Both the position numbers and the translations under genes were made by a program. Shown here one piece after another: positions 1-8,132 of a DNA stretch of 64,000 bases. The DNA comes from an uncultured Planctomycetaceae bacterium (GTDB lineage Bacteria > Planctomycetota > Planctomycetia > Planctomycetales > Planctomycetaceae). Location: positions 62,001 through 126,000 of the forward strand of contig CAXBME010000002.1 of NCBI GenBank assembly GCA_963976765.1. The letters are read 5' to 3'. Numbering within the stretch: position 1 is the first letter of the stretch; each line of letters starts with the position of its first letter. The notes under the pieces are model-generated. The model did not search any database, was not told the DNA's origin, and worked only from the letters and a program-made list of their open reading frames with translations.

Positions 1-1411
1 CGTAAGTGCTCAGCAGGTAGACGTAACCGCCAGCACCTACGGTAATCAACACGCCTCCGAAACCGAGCATCACCCTGGAGACGGGTCGCCGTTCATTCAA
101 GTCATCACCGGATCGGAGACGATGCTTCGCTCTCACACTTGTGAACAGCATCATGAGAAGATACGGCGTGCTCATCAGAAGCATGAAGCCGTATGAAGCT
201 CCCACGAGCGTCCATGTCCACCTTCCAAACAGGTACGCAAACCAGGCATTGATCGGAAGCGGAAGCAACAGACACACGATAATTGCAGCAGCAGTAAATT
301 TACCCATGTTGCGATCGGCCCAGCGATACCATCGTGTTAACGTTGGCAACGGTCGAGCACGCACCGGCTCCCCATCGAGAAAACGTGCCAGATCGTCGAC
401 CAGTTCGTGTGCTGACACATACCGATCGCCGGGACGCTTCTGCAGACATTTCAGGCAGATCATTTCTAGATCACGTGGCACTCCGCGGTTAATCGTGCGA
501 GGAGAAGGGGGTTCATCGTTAATGACTGCCTGAATCAACTCAAGGGGACGATCCGCCACGAACGGCGGTCGACCGGTCAGCATGGCATAGAGAATCGCTC
601 CGAGTGAATACACATCGGCAGCTTCTCCGGCATTCACGGCGCGTCCTCCAGCCTGTTCCGGCGACATGTAGCCTGGCGCCCCCAGAATCTGCCCGGTAAC
701 GGTAAGCTCACTGGCTCGTCCAGCCTGTTTAGCGAGTCCAAAGTCAGTGACCCGTGGTTGACCATCGTCCCCAATCAGAATGTTCGCGGGCTTGAGATCC
801 CGATGAACGACTCCCTTGTCGTGTGCAAAACCGACGGCCTCGGTGATGTACTTCATCAAGGTTGCTGCGTCTCGAGACGAAAACGGCCCGGTCGCAACTC
901 GATCAGCCAGCGAGTCGCCTTCGACCAGGGCCATGGAAAAGAAGTGATGTCCGTCGTGGTCGCCGACTTCGAAGACAGGGACAATGCCGGGATGATCCAG
1001 TTGCGCGGCAGCTTCAGCTTCTGCCTGAAATCGCTCCACTTCGGCCTGGCTGGCAAACTGACCGGCCAGGATCATCTTCAATGCAACGATGCGATTCAGC
1101 CGAGTCTGACGGGCTTTATAGACGACTCCCATGCCGCCCCGAGCGATCTCCTCAAGCAACTCGTAATCACCAAAATAACGCAGTCTCGTTCCAGCAGAAG
1201 GTATCTCAGCATCTGAGGGGGCTTCGGGTTGAATACCCGACTCACGTGGGTTTGTCTCAGCCGGTCCCGGACTCGAAATGACCGTTGCGTCCACATCTGA
1301 AGAATCAGCGGATTCATCAATTCCAGCCTTCAACAGACAGCGGGGGCAGATGCCAACTGGAGCATCCGGTGGCAGCGTCGTTCCACACTTCTGGCATTCG
1401 TTCTGTTGCAT
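1..1411 (-). CDS. Ser/Thr protein kinase (Hanks type) with N-terminal Cys motif and C-terminal membrane segments; 3' end runs off the window
   Basis: Manual translation from ATG at 1411 (not in the ORF track because no stop lies in the window): MQQNECQKCGTTLPPDAPVGICPRCLL..., EIARGGMGVVY, HRDLKPANIL, DFGLAK, GAPGYMSPEQ, then hydrophobic helices. Confidence 0.93.
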   Translation of the reverse strand, partial: MQQNECQKCGTTLPPDAPVGICPRCLLKAGIDESADSSDVDATVISSPGPAETNPRESGIQPEAPSDAEIPSAGTRLRYFGDYELLEEIARGGMGVVYKARQTRLNRIVALKMILAGQFASQAEVERFQAEAEAAAQLDHPGIVPVFEVGDHDGHHFFSMALVEGDSLADRVATGPFSSRDAATLMKYITEAVGFAHDKGVVHRDLKPANILIGDDGQPRVTDFGLAKQAGRASELTVTGQILGAPGYMSPEQAGGRAVNAGEAADVYSLGAILYAMLTGRPPFVADRPLELIQAVINDEPPSPRTINRGVPRDLEMICLKCLQKRPGDRYVSAHELVDDLARFLDGEPVRARPLPTLTRWYRWADRNMGKFTAAAIIVCLLLPLPINAWFAYLFGRWTWTLVGASYGFMLLMSTPYLLMMLFTSVRAKHRLRSGDDLNERRPVSRVMLGFGGVLITVGAGGYVYLLSTY

Positions 1412-1481
1412 TATTGTCGCTCCCAGAGTCGTCAATCCGTTCTTACGGAAATTCCGACAGGCGCAACTCGAAAAATGAAGT

Positions 1482-2225
1482 TCATTCTGAAAACGTATCA
1501 AACAGGTGCTGCACTTCGCTGTCGATTTCCTCGGGTGTCGCGACAGTCTGAGCGATCTCTTCCCGCAGCAACTGGCGATATCGTTTCCGCATGCGACTCG
1601 CTGCCATGCGGGCTGCCGATTCGCTCTGCCCCAGCACCGACGCGACCGAGGCGTACGTCTCCGTTTCTGTTCCGATGGAGAAGTCCTTCAGCAGATTGAA
1701 TTGCTGAGACTTGCCGTTGCGTTCCATTTCCCGCTGCAGCCGCGTCATGACCCGGTTGAGCAGCGTGACGGCCCACTGACGTTCGTAAATCCGTTCGGCC
1801 GTCAACGTGTCGTGCAACGCACCCCAGTTGCGATCCTGTGACGCGAAATCGGCAGAGAACGTAATCCGGGTACCACCACGTTTCTGTGCAGCCGCTTTGT
1901 CGCGTTCCTTCGACAGGAACCGTTTGAACGCCGTAATCAGAAATGAACGGAAACGGCCGCGTGAGGGATCGGCATCGGCGAGATACTGCTTGTCCAGCAA
2001 ACGCTCGAAAAAGGCCTGCGTCAGATCCTGTGCCTCATGAATGTTGCTGACGCGGCGACGAACGTACGCATACAGCGGTGGCCAGTAAGCCTGACACAAC
2101 TTCTCAAGTGCGTGCTGGAATTCATCGTGGTCACGATTTCCGGCCGCGAGAATCAAGCTCCAGTGTGTCGTCGCAAACTGGCCAGCGTTATTCCGTCGCA
2201 GGTCTGACTCATTGCAGGATTCCAT
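1482..2225 (-). CDS. ECF-type RNA polymerase sigma factor of the kinase-associated type
   Basis: FATTHWSL start, region 2 (YWPPLYAYVRR...EAQDLTQAFF...GRFRSFL), region 4 (YASVA..LGQSESAARMAASRMR); directly upstream of the kinase. Start placed at MESCNE; the ORF track extends to 2306. Confidence 0.9.
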   Translation of the reverse strand: MESCNESDLRRNNAGQFATTHWSLILAAGNRDHDEFQHALEKLCQAYWPPLYAYVRRRVSNIHEAQDLTQAFFERLLDKQYLADADPSRGRFRSFLITAFKRFLSKERDKAAAQKRGGTRITFSADFASQDRNWGALHDTLTAERIYERQWAVTLLNRVMTRLQREMERNGKSQQFNLLKDFSIGTETETYASVASVLGQSESAARMAASRMRKRYRQLLREEIAQTVATPEEIDSEVQHLFDTFSE

Positions 2226-2324
2226 GCAGAGCAAGATACCGCTTTGTGACTGACTTCGCGCTCTCCAGCGATCGTAAGCGTCGTCAGCAGACGACTCTGT
2301 AATCACACAAAGAAAAGCTCCTGG

Positions 2325-3830
2325 CTAAGCCAGCATTTCCTGGACGACGCCGTTGTTTTCAGGCACCAGTGGGAGTGGTCGGTTGCCTCGATCGTGCAGC
2401 AGGGTGTGCGGGTTAATTCCCAGCAGGTGGTACATCGTGGCCAGAACGTCTTTGGGAGAGACCGGCCGCGACAGGACTTCACCGGCGTGACGATCCGTGG
2501 CGCCGATAACGTTGCCTTTTGCGATACCGCCTCCGGCGAAAATCGCCGAGTACGCTTTCGACCAGTGATCTCTTCCGCCGCCGACTGCCGAGTTGATTTT
2601 CGGAGTTCGTCCGTGCTCGCTCAGGCAAACGACCAGCGTGTCGTCAAGCATGCCTCGCTGTTCAAGATCGAGGATCAACCCGGAATACGCCCGGTCAAAA
2701 CCCGGCATCAGTTGATCTTTCATCCGGGGATAATGCTTGAAGTGCGTGTCCCAGGCATCACCGGCCAGACCGTACTCGTCCCAGAAAACCGTCGCCAGCC
2801 GCGTGCCGGATTCGACCAGCCGGCGAGCCGCCAGGCAGCCCTGCCCGAACAGTGTCATGCCATACTGGTCCCGCGTCGCGTCGTCTTCCAGGCGGGTATC
2901 CAGCGCCTGCGAAACGTTTGGCGAGCTGACCAGCGAGAACGCCTGCTGCTGGAACTTGTCGAGCGACACTCCAACCGCGGTTCTGTCGAAGTGCCGTCGC
3001 GAATCGTCGAACTGTTCGAGCAGACTCCGGCGACGGTCAAGCCGGTCCATCGTGACGCCTGGCAGCGGAGCGGTCGATGAAATCTGAAAATGGGTGTCGC
3101 GTGAGCAGCCAAGGTACGGCTCGGGACCACTGTACGAGAACCCGCCGCCTCGGTCTTTTTCGACGTGCACCGTGCCTTCGCCTTTGAATTCCGTCCACGT
3201 CGGATTGAATCCGGAACCCAGAAACGCGCCGTACGGGCCTGACCGAAATGGCTGGTCGGTTCGCTGACTGCTGAAGTGAAACGGCAACGCGACATTCTGA
3301 ACGAAGTCGCTGTCCGAACCCCGCCGTTGCCGATCGATGTACTCCACGACGGAACCGAACCACGGATGATGACGAGGGTCGTGCGGCGCCAACTCCATCG
3401 CAACATCGATCGTTGGAATTCCGGTCATCGCATAAGCGACTCCGTGAATCGGGTACGGATGCGTCATGGATCGAACGACCGTCGTTCGGTCCATGATCTT
3501 CGACGTTTCCGGCAGCAGCTCGCAGACATCGAGTCCTGGCACTGACGAAGCGATCGGCTCCATCGTCCCTCGGATTTCGACCGGGGCTTCCGGCTTCATA
3601 TCGAACGTCTCAAGCTGACTCGGCGATCCGTACAGAAAGAGCAGGATGCAACGCTTCGCGCTGCCAAACGAACTATCTGAGACCGCTTCGGTTGCCGATG
3701 CCGCCTGAGCATCCGCCTTTAACAAATCAGACAACCCAAGCCCGGCGATCCCCAGACTCCCGGCCTGCAAGAAGTCCCGCCGGCCCAGGCCGCTACAGAG
3801 TTTTCGATGGGAACCGAGTATGCGAAGCAT
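2325..3830 (-). CDS. DUF1501 domain-containing protein (Tat-exported)
   Basis: RRDFLQ twin-arginine signal, GSPSQLETFDMKP, ARRLVESG, WDTH, SEHGRTP, GRDHW motifs; start placed at MLRILG. Confidence 0.92.
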   Translation of the reverse strand: MLRILGSHRKLCSGLGRRDFLQAGSLGIAGLGLSDLLKADAQAASATEAVSDSSFGSAKRCILLFLYGSPSQLETFDMKPEAPVEIRGTMEPIASSVPGLDVCELLPETSKIMDRTTVVRSMTHPYPIHGVAYAMTGIPTIDVAMELAPHDPRHHPWFGSVVEYIDRQRRGSDSDFVQNVALPFHFSSQRTDQPFRSGPYGAFLGSGFNPTWTEFKGEGTVHVEKDRGGGFSYSGPEPYLGCSRDTHFQISSTAPLPGVTMDRLDRRRSLLEQFDDSRRHFDRTAVGVSLDKFQQQAFSLVSSPNVSQALDTRLEDDATRDQYGMTLFGQGCLAARRLVESGTRLATVFWDEYGLAGDAWDTHFKHYPRMKDQLMPGFDRAYSGLILDLEQRGMLDDTLVVCLSEHGRTPKINSAVGGGRDHWSKAYSAIFAGGGIAKGNVIGATDRHAGEVLSRPVSPKDVLATMYHLLGINPHTLLHDRGNRPLPLVPENNGVVQEMLA

Positions 3831-3930
3831 GACCTGCACCGTTAGAAGTTTCAGAACTGGCAGCAGCAACAGGCTTCCAGAGTAACTCTTCGCCGGATCA
3901 GGGCAACGTCAACAACAACACTTCGACTCC

Positions 3931-3970
3931 ACAAACAGAAACAGCTCTGCACGAACTGGTCGTGCAGAGC
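3931..3970 (-). terminator. Probable intrinsic terminator
   Basis: Perfect 11-bp stem GCTCTGCACGA/TCGTGCAGAGC followed on the minus strand by TGTTTCTGTTTGT, downstream of the 4062-4328 gene. Confidence 0.6.
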
Positions 3971-4061
3971 CGATTGGCTGAAGAATGACAGAAAGGTCTC
4001 CGCAGCTGACTGTTAACGGTTGAGCCACGAACAGCTCAAGCCCGACCAGGTTACAGCCCAA

Positions 4062-4328
4062 TCATTGTCGTTTCGGCAGAGCGACGGAATAGAGCATCGT
4101 CACCGTACCGACGGACATCAGGCAGAAGGCGGCCCATTCGGGTGGGTTGAAAACCTTGCGGTCCGTCTGAGCCTCTTCTTCCATGAACAAACCGCGAAAT
4201 TCGCGAGTACGCTCTTCCGTTTTGCTGGCAGAGGCGGTCAGAACCATCTTGTCGACCATCAGGAACGACGTGCCGCAGAGCGCGACGAACAGGCCGCCGG
4301 CGAAAAAGATTGCTCGAATCATGTGCAT
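4062..4328 (-). CDS. Small two-helix membrane protein of unknown function
   Basis: 88-aa ORF with two hydrophobic segments (IFFAGGLFVALCG; PPEWAAFCLMSVGTVTMLYSVALP) and a terminator downstream. Confidence 0.7.
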   Translation of the reverse strand: MHMIRAIFFAGGLFVALCGTSFLMVDKMVLTASASKTEERTREFRGLFMEEEAQTDRKVFNPPEWAAFCLMSVGTVTMLYSVALPKRQ

Positions 4329-4827
4329 TGCCTCGCTGGTGTGGACTCTACCGGTAGGAGCGATGAGTGCGGAAACCGAAGACCGTCACGGTGAACGTTC
4401 TGAGGATCGTTCAGCAACTCGGATAATCCATCAACTCACGTCAGAGGTGGGTGATGAAATGCCTTTGTGCAATCAGTGAATCTGTTGCTGTGAAGCAGCC
4501 AGGCGGCGGGAACCAACAGGCACTTGCCCGACGACCTGGCTGATCGAAATATCGACGTGAGAGATCGGCGATTTGAAAGTCTCCCTGCAAATTCAATGAC
4601 GACACAGCAATAGTCGTTCAGAACATTGGTTGCAGTTGTTTTTCGGGCGTTGCGGATTTGATGGTTCGCAAGCGTCAGAACGGTCGACGGTTTCATCCAG
4701 TACGAAAATCAGGATGCGAAATCCGCAACATTCCGACTCAGGAACATGCCCTGAATAACTTCCCGATTTGACAATGCTGAATTTCACCACAAAGGCAGAA
4801 TGAGCAAACCTGCTTCGGCCTGTTGAC

Positions 4828-5637
4828 TTACAGGCTCGCGGTCAGAATTCCGACGAGCACGTCGTACAGCGCGTGACAGCCGACGGTGATGCCGAAGCCT
4901 CGCAGCAGGTACACCGTCGCGAAGAAGCAGCCGGCGGTCACTCGGAAGGTAAAGCTGAACAGCGAGAACGCTTCACCAGCCGGACCGACGTAATGCGCAA
5001 CTGAAAATACCAGACTCGTCAGAAACACAGCCATCACGGCAGACCAGCCTTTGGGCATCCGAAAAACGACTCGCAATCCGATCAGCACAACGGGAAGCAG
5101 CGCGAGCCGGAACATGACCTCTTCGTACACGCCCGCTCCGACGTAGCTGATGAGTCTCGGGCCGAGTTCGCTGCCGAAGGCCAGCAACGGACGCTCGCCT
5201 GGAGTCATCTGCCGAATGTTGACTTCACCAGGAAACCAGCACTGAAACGCCATGTCCTGAAGCTGAGCAACGAACAGCAGCGCGACGGCAAACAACAGGC
5301 TTTCGGCGAACATGCCAATCAGTGTTTCGCGAGAAATTCGCCACTCGTACTCACCCCAGCGATGCCACGCCAGCAGTACACCCACAACCAGCGCTGGCAG
5401 CACCACGGCGTCGATGCCCGCTCCCTGAAGCCAGGTTCTCATCCAGAAGTCGGCACCGTTGCGGATACTGCCTTCGCTCGAACCATGCCACAGGACGCCG
5501 AACTCGTAGATGGCCAGCAGCGGGGCGAGGAAAATCAGACATGCCAGCGGTTCGCGAGCCTGTTTCCAGTACGGGAGCACCGGCTCGACGTCGTCATCGA
5601 ACTCGTCCGCGATGTCGTGCAGAGCGACGTCGGACAT
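4828..5637 (-). CDS. CPBP/Abi (CAAX protease-like) intramembrane glutamic endopeptidase
   Basis: EEVMFR, FSVAHY and HALYD motifs in a multi-TM protein. Confidence 0.85.
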   Translation of the reverse strand: MSDVALHDIADEFDDDVEPVLPYWKQAREPLACLIFLAPLLAIYEFGVLWHGSSEGSIRNGADFWMRTWLQGAGIDAVVLPALVVGVLLAWHRWGEYEWRISRETLIGMFAESLLFAVALLFVAQLQDMAFQCWFPGEVNIRQMTPGERPLLAFGSELGPRLISYVGAGVYEEVMFRLALLPVVLIGLRVVFRMPKGWSAVMAVFLTSLVFSVAHYVGPAGEAFSLFSFTFRVTAGCFFATVYLLRGFGITVGCHALYDVLVGILTASL

Positions 5638-5934
5638 GGTGCGATCTCAAGGCGAAAGATGGGAAACGGGGTGTCCGGCAACGACCGGAAGACTCCCCCT
5701 GAATCGTTGTTATCGGCCTTCGAGACAGGCTGCTTTGAGGATTCCGCTCAGGTCGCTGCGATGCGTTGCAGCCGCAGAATCGTTCCACTACGGTCGCGCA
5801 GCTTGAGCCAAACTTTGTCAGTTTCGACACAATCCTCGTTTCCGTTGAACTCGGCCTTGCCGTAATCGTCACTCCGCTGTTCTCGAACGTTGCAGACTTC
5901 CAGCCTGCGACAGCGACCCTGTTTCAATTTCAAC

Positions 5935-6029
5935 GTGTGCCACTGGCTCTGCCTGTGCGAAACTTTCTGCAAACGTCGATTCCAATCGGCACTGGCAAAG
6001 CCAGTGGCACACTTTTAAACGGGCTACTA
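5935..6029. repeat. Palindromic repeat element, CACTGGCAGAGCCAGTGGCAC family, copy 1
   Basis: GTGTGCCACTGGCTCTGCCTGTGC (5935-5958) and GCACTGGCAAAGCCAGTGGCACAC (5989-6012) in inverted orientation; near-identical copy at 55690-55774. Confidence 0.8.
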
Positions 6030-7111
6030 TGAGTCCTACGACGAAGAACGCCGAACAGAGATTCCTTGAGCTGATCGCCGGGCCGCCCAGGTCGCTCAGC
6101 GAACGAATTCAGCGGGGACTGCTGCGAATCGCTTCGTGGGTCTACCGCTGCGGCGTTGCCTTTCGAAATACGTTGTTCGACCTCGGCCTCAAGCGGTCGC
6201 ACGCGGCACCCTTTCCAGTAATCAGCGTTGGCAATCTGACGACCGGGGGCACCGGCAAGACGCCGGTTGTTGCGATGCTCGTCCGCATGCTGAAAGAAGT
6301 GGGGCACCGTCCGGGCATCATCAGCCGCGGTTATCGAGAACTGTCTGGGGGCGGCAACGACGAAGCTCGCGTTCTGGAACTGCTTTGCCCCGGCACGCCG
6401 CACGTTCAGAACCGTGACCGAGTCCTCGCTGCCCACCGGGTCGCGGAGAAGCAGGCCGGGGCAGACGATGGCTGCACCGCGATCATTGCCGACGACGCGT
6501 TTCAGCATCGACGGCTGAAGCGGGATCTCGACATCGTCCTTATCGACGCTCTGAACCCGTTCGGTCATGACGCATTGCTGCCGCGAGGACTCTTGCGAGA
6601 ACCAGTATCCTCGCTGCGTCGAGCGGACGTCGTCATCCTGACCCGTGCCGATCTTGTTGACGAGGCTTCGCGAACTGCCATCTGGCAAATCGTCAAAGCA
6701 AACAACCGCGCCGCAGCCAGAGTCGAACTGTCGTTTATGCCTGCCGGACTGGTCGACAAAGCGGGAAAGCAACACGCTGATGAGAAAGCGAACGTGCTGG
6801 CGTTTTGCGGAATCGGCAATCCGGACGGATTTCGGAAGACGCTGGCTGCTGCGGAAATCCCAATCCAGGATCTGATTGCGTTCCCGGATCATCACCACTA
6901 CGACCAGGATGATATTCAGAAACTGGTAGCGACTGCGGAGAAGTTGGAAGCCAAGGTTCTAATAACGACGCTCAAGGATCTCGTGAAAATTGAACCCGCC
7001 TGGGCTGGTTCGGCAGAAGTTGTGGCACTGAACATCGAAGCTCAAGTAACGTCCGGCAAAGAGTTACTGGCCGAAGCAATTTCCAAAGCTACGCCGCGAC
7101 CGAATCGCTGA
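6029..7111 (+). CDS. lpxK: Tetraacyldisaccharide 4'-kinase
   Basis: VISVGNLTTGGTGKTP, SRGY, DDAFQH, LLPRGLLREP, FCGIGNP, FPDHH, TTLKD. Confidence 0.95.
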   Translation: MSPTTKNAEQRFLELIAGPPRSLSERIQRGLLRIASWVYRCGVAFRNTLFDLGLKRSHAAPFPVISVGNLTTGGTGKTPVVAMLVRMLKEVGHRPGIISRGYRELSGGGNDEARVLELLCPGTPHVQNRDRVLAAHRVAEKQAGADDGCTAIIADDAFQHRRLKRDLDIVLIDALNPFGHDALLPRGLLREPVSSLRRADVVILTRADLVDEASRTAIWQIVKANNRAAARVELSFMPAGLVDKAGKQHADEKANVLAFCGIGNPDGFRKTLAAAEIPIQDLIAFPDHHHYDQDDIQKLVATAEKLEAKVLITTLKDLVKIEPAWAGSAEVVALNIEAQVTSGKELLAEAISKATPRPNR

Positions 7112-8108
7112 GTGACGCGCTGGCCATCCAGGCAACTTCGACGGACGCTTCGTCGCAGCAGTCACCCACCCGGCTGACTTCGATGCGAACTCCGTAAGCA
7201 TGCACCGCCGTTGTTCGGAAGCGAAGATCGGAATCGTCAGCCGGTTCGCACTCAAACTCCGGGGTGTCAGCCAGCGGCGGCGAAAATGGCAGATGGACCG
7301 GTGCCAGTCGTTGACCGGCAGCGAAACGGACTCGGAACGAACCTTCTGCGACGTCCAGTCCTTCGACGCGCGAACGGCTCATCCATTGCGTCGTGTCAGG
7401 ATTACTGGCCGGGTGCTGCAGCGATTCGTTCAGGTCGAATGGCAACGCAGACGCTTCTTTGTCTACCGTAAACGCTTCGGAGATCCCGGGACTTGCGTCG
7501 GCGATCGTCAGGTTCGTCGGCTGAATCGATGACTGATCGCCACTAGAAAAGCCAGTGGCACAAGTCGGATCAAGGCTTCTGTCGTCTTTCAACAGGCTGC
7601 TGGATAAGTGAGCGTCAAAGGTTTCTTCGCTGATAGTCGTGACTGTTTCTGCCGCCCCATCAGATGTAACTGGCGTCTGAGTGCCTGTTGGCCGCTCGGC
7701 CTGCGAACCGTCAACGTCTTCAGTCGACGAATTTGTTCCGTCGGATTCCGACGCAGAGACCGTCAGCACCGCCGTCACATAAAGACCAAGCAGGCACGCC
7801 AGGCCCGTCGAACTTCCGGCTGGCATAACCGCCAGACCAAGCATGACTCCAGGCAGGCCGCACCCGGAGATCAGCAACGTTCTTTGTGGATGGCCCAGGC
7901 GGTCGCTGATCAGATCAGGCGTTGATGCCGCAAGAACAGCGATCAGACTCGCCGCGATACCTGTCAGACAAGCAGCCAGTTCGGACGCGAATGCTGAAGC
8001 GTCGCCAGAGATTCTTCGCGACAGCACAACGGTCGTGACCAGGAACACACCGCTCAACAGACTACAGGCTGCCGACCGGCGTTGGGTTTGCCAGAGTGTT
8101 CCCATCAT
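7089..8108 (-). CDS. Hypothetical membrane protein: N-terminal TM bundle, acidic linker, C-terminal globular domain
   Basis: 339-aa ORF starting 25 bp after the tolC-like stop; hydrophobic N-terminus; 3' end overlaps the lpxK 3' end convergently. Confidence 0.7.
   Translation of the reverse strand: MMGTLWQTQRRSAACSLLSGVFLVTTVVLSRRISGDASAFASELAACLTGIAASLIAVLAASTPDLISDRLGHPQRTLLISGCGLPGVMLGLAVMPAGSSTGLACLLGLYVTAVLTVSASESDGTNSSTEDVDGSQAERPTGTQTPVTSDGAAETVTTISEETFDAHLSSSLLKDDRSLDPTCATGFSSGDQSSIQPTNLTIADASPGISEAFTVDKEASALPFDLNESLQHPASNPDTTQWMSRSRVEGLDVAEGSFRVRFAAGQRLAPVHLPFSPPLADTPEFECEPADDSDLRFRTTAVHAYGVRIEVSRVGDCCDEASVEVAWMASASLSDSVAA
7541..7562. repeat. Degenerate half copy of the CACTGGCAAAGCCAGTGGCAC repeat inside a CDS
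   Basis: CACTAGAAAAGCCAGTGGCACA matches the 5990-6011 arm at 20 of 22 positions. Confidence 0.55.
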
Positions 8109-8132
8109 TCATTCCTTCGCAAGCTGTTCAGG

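Noticed and set aside
4330..4827. 500-bp intergenic region with a distant 11-bp inverted repeat (GTTGCGGATTT / AAATCCGCAAC)
   Set aside because: Too little structure to call an ncRNA or a mobile element.
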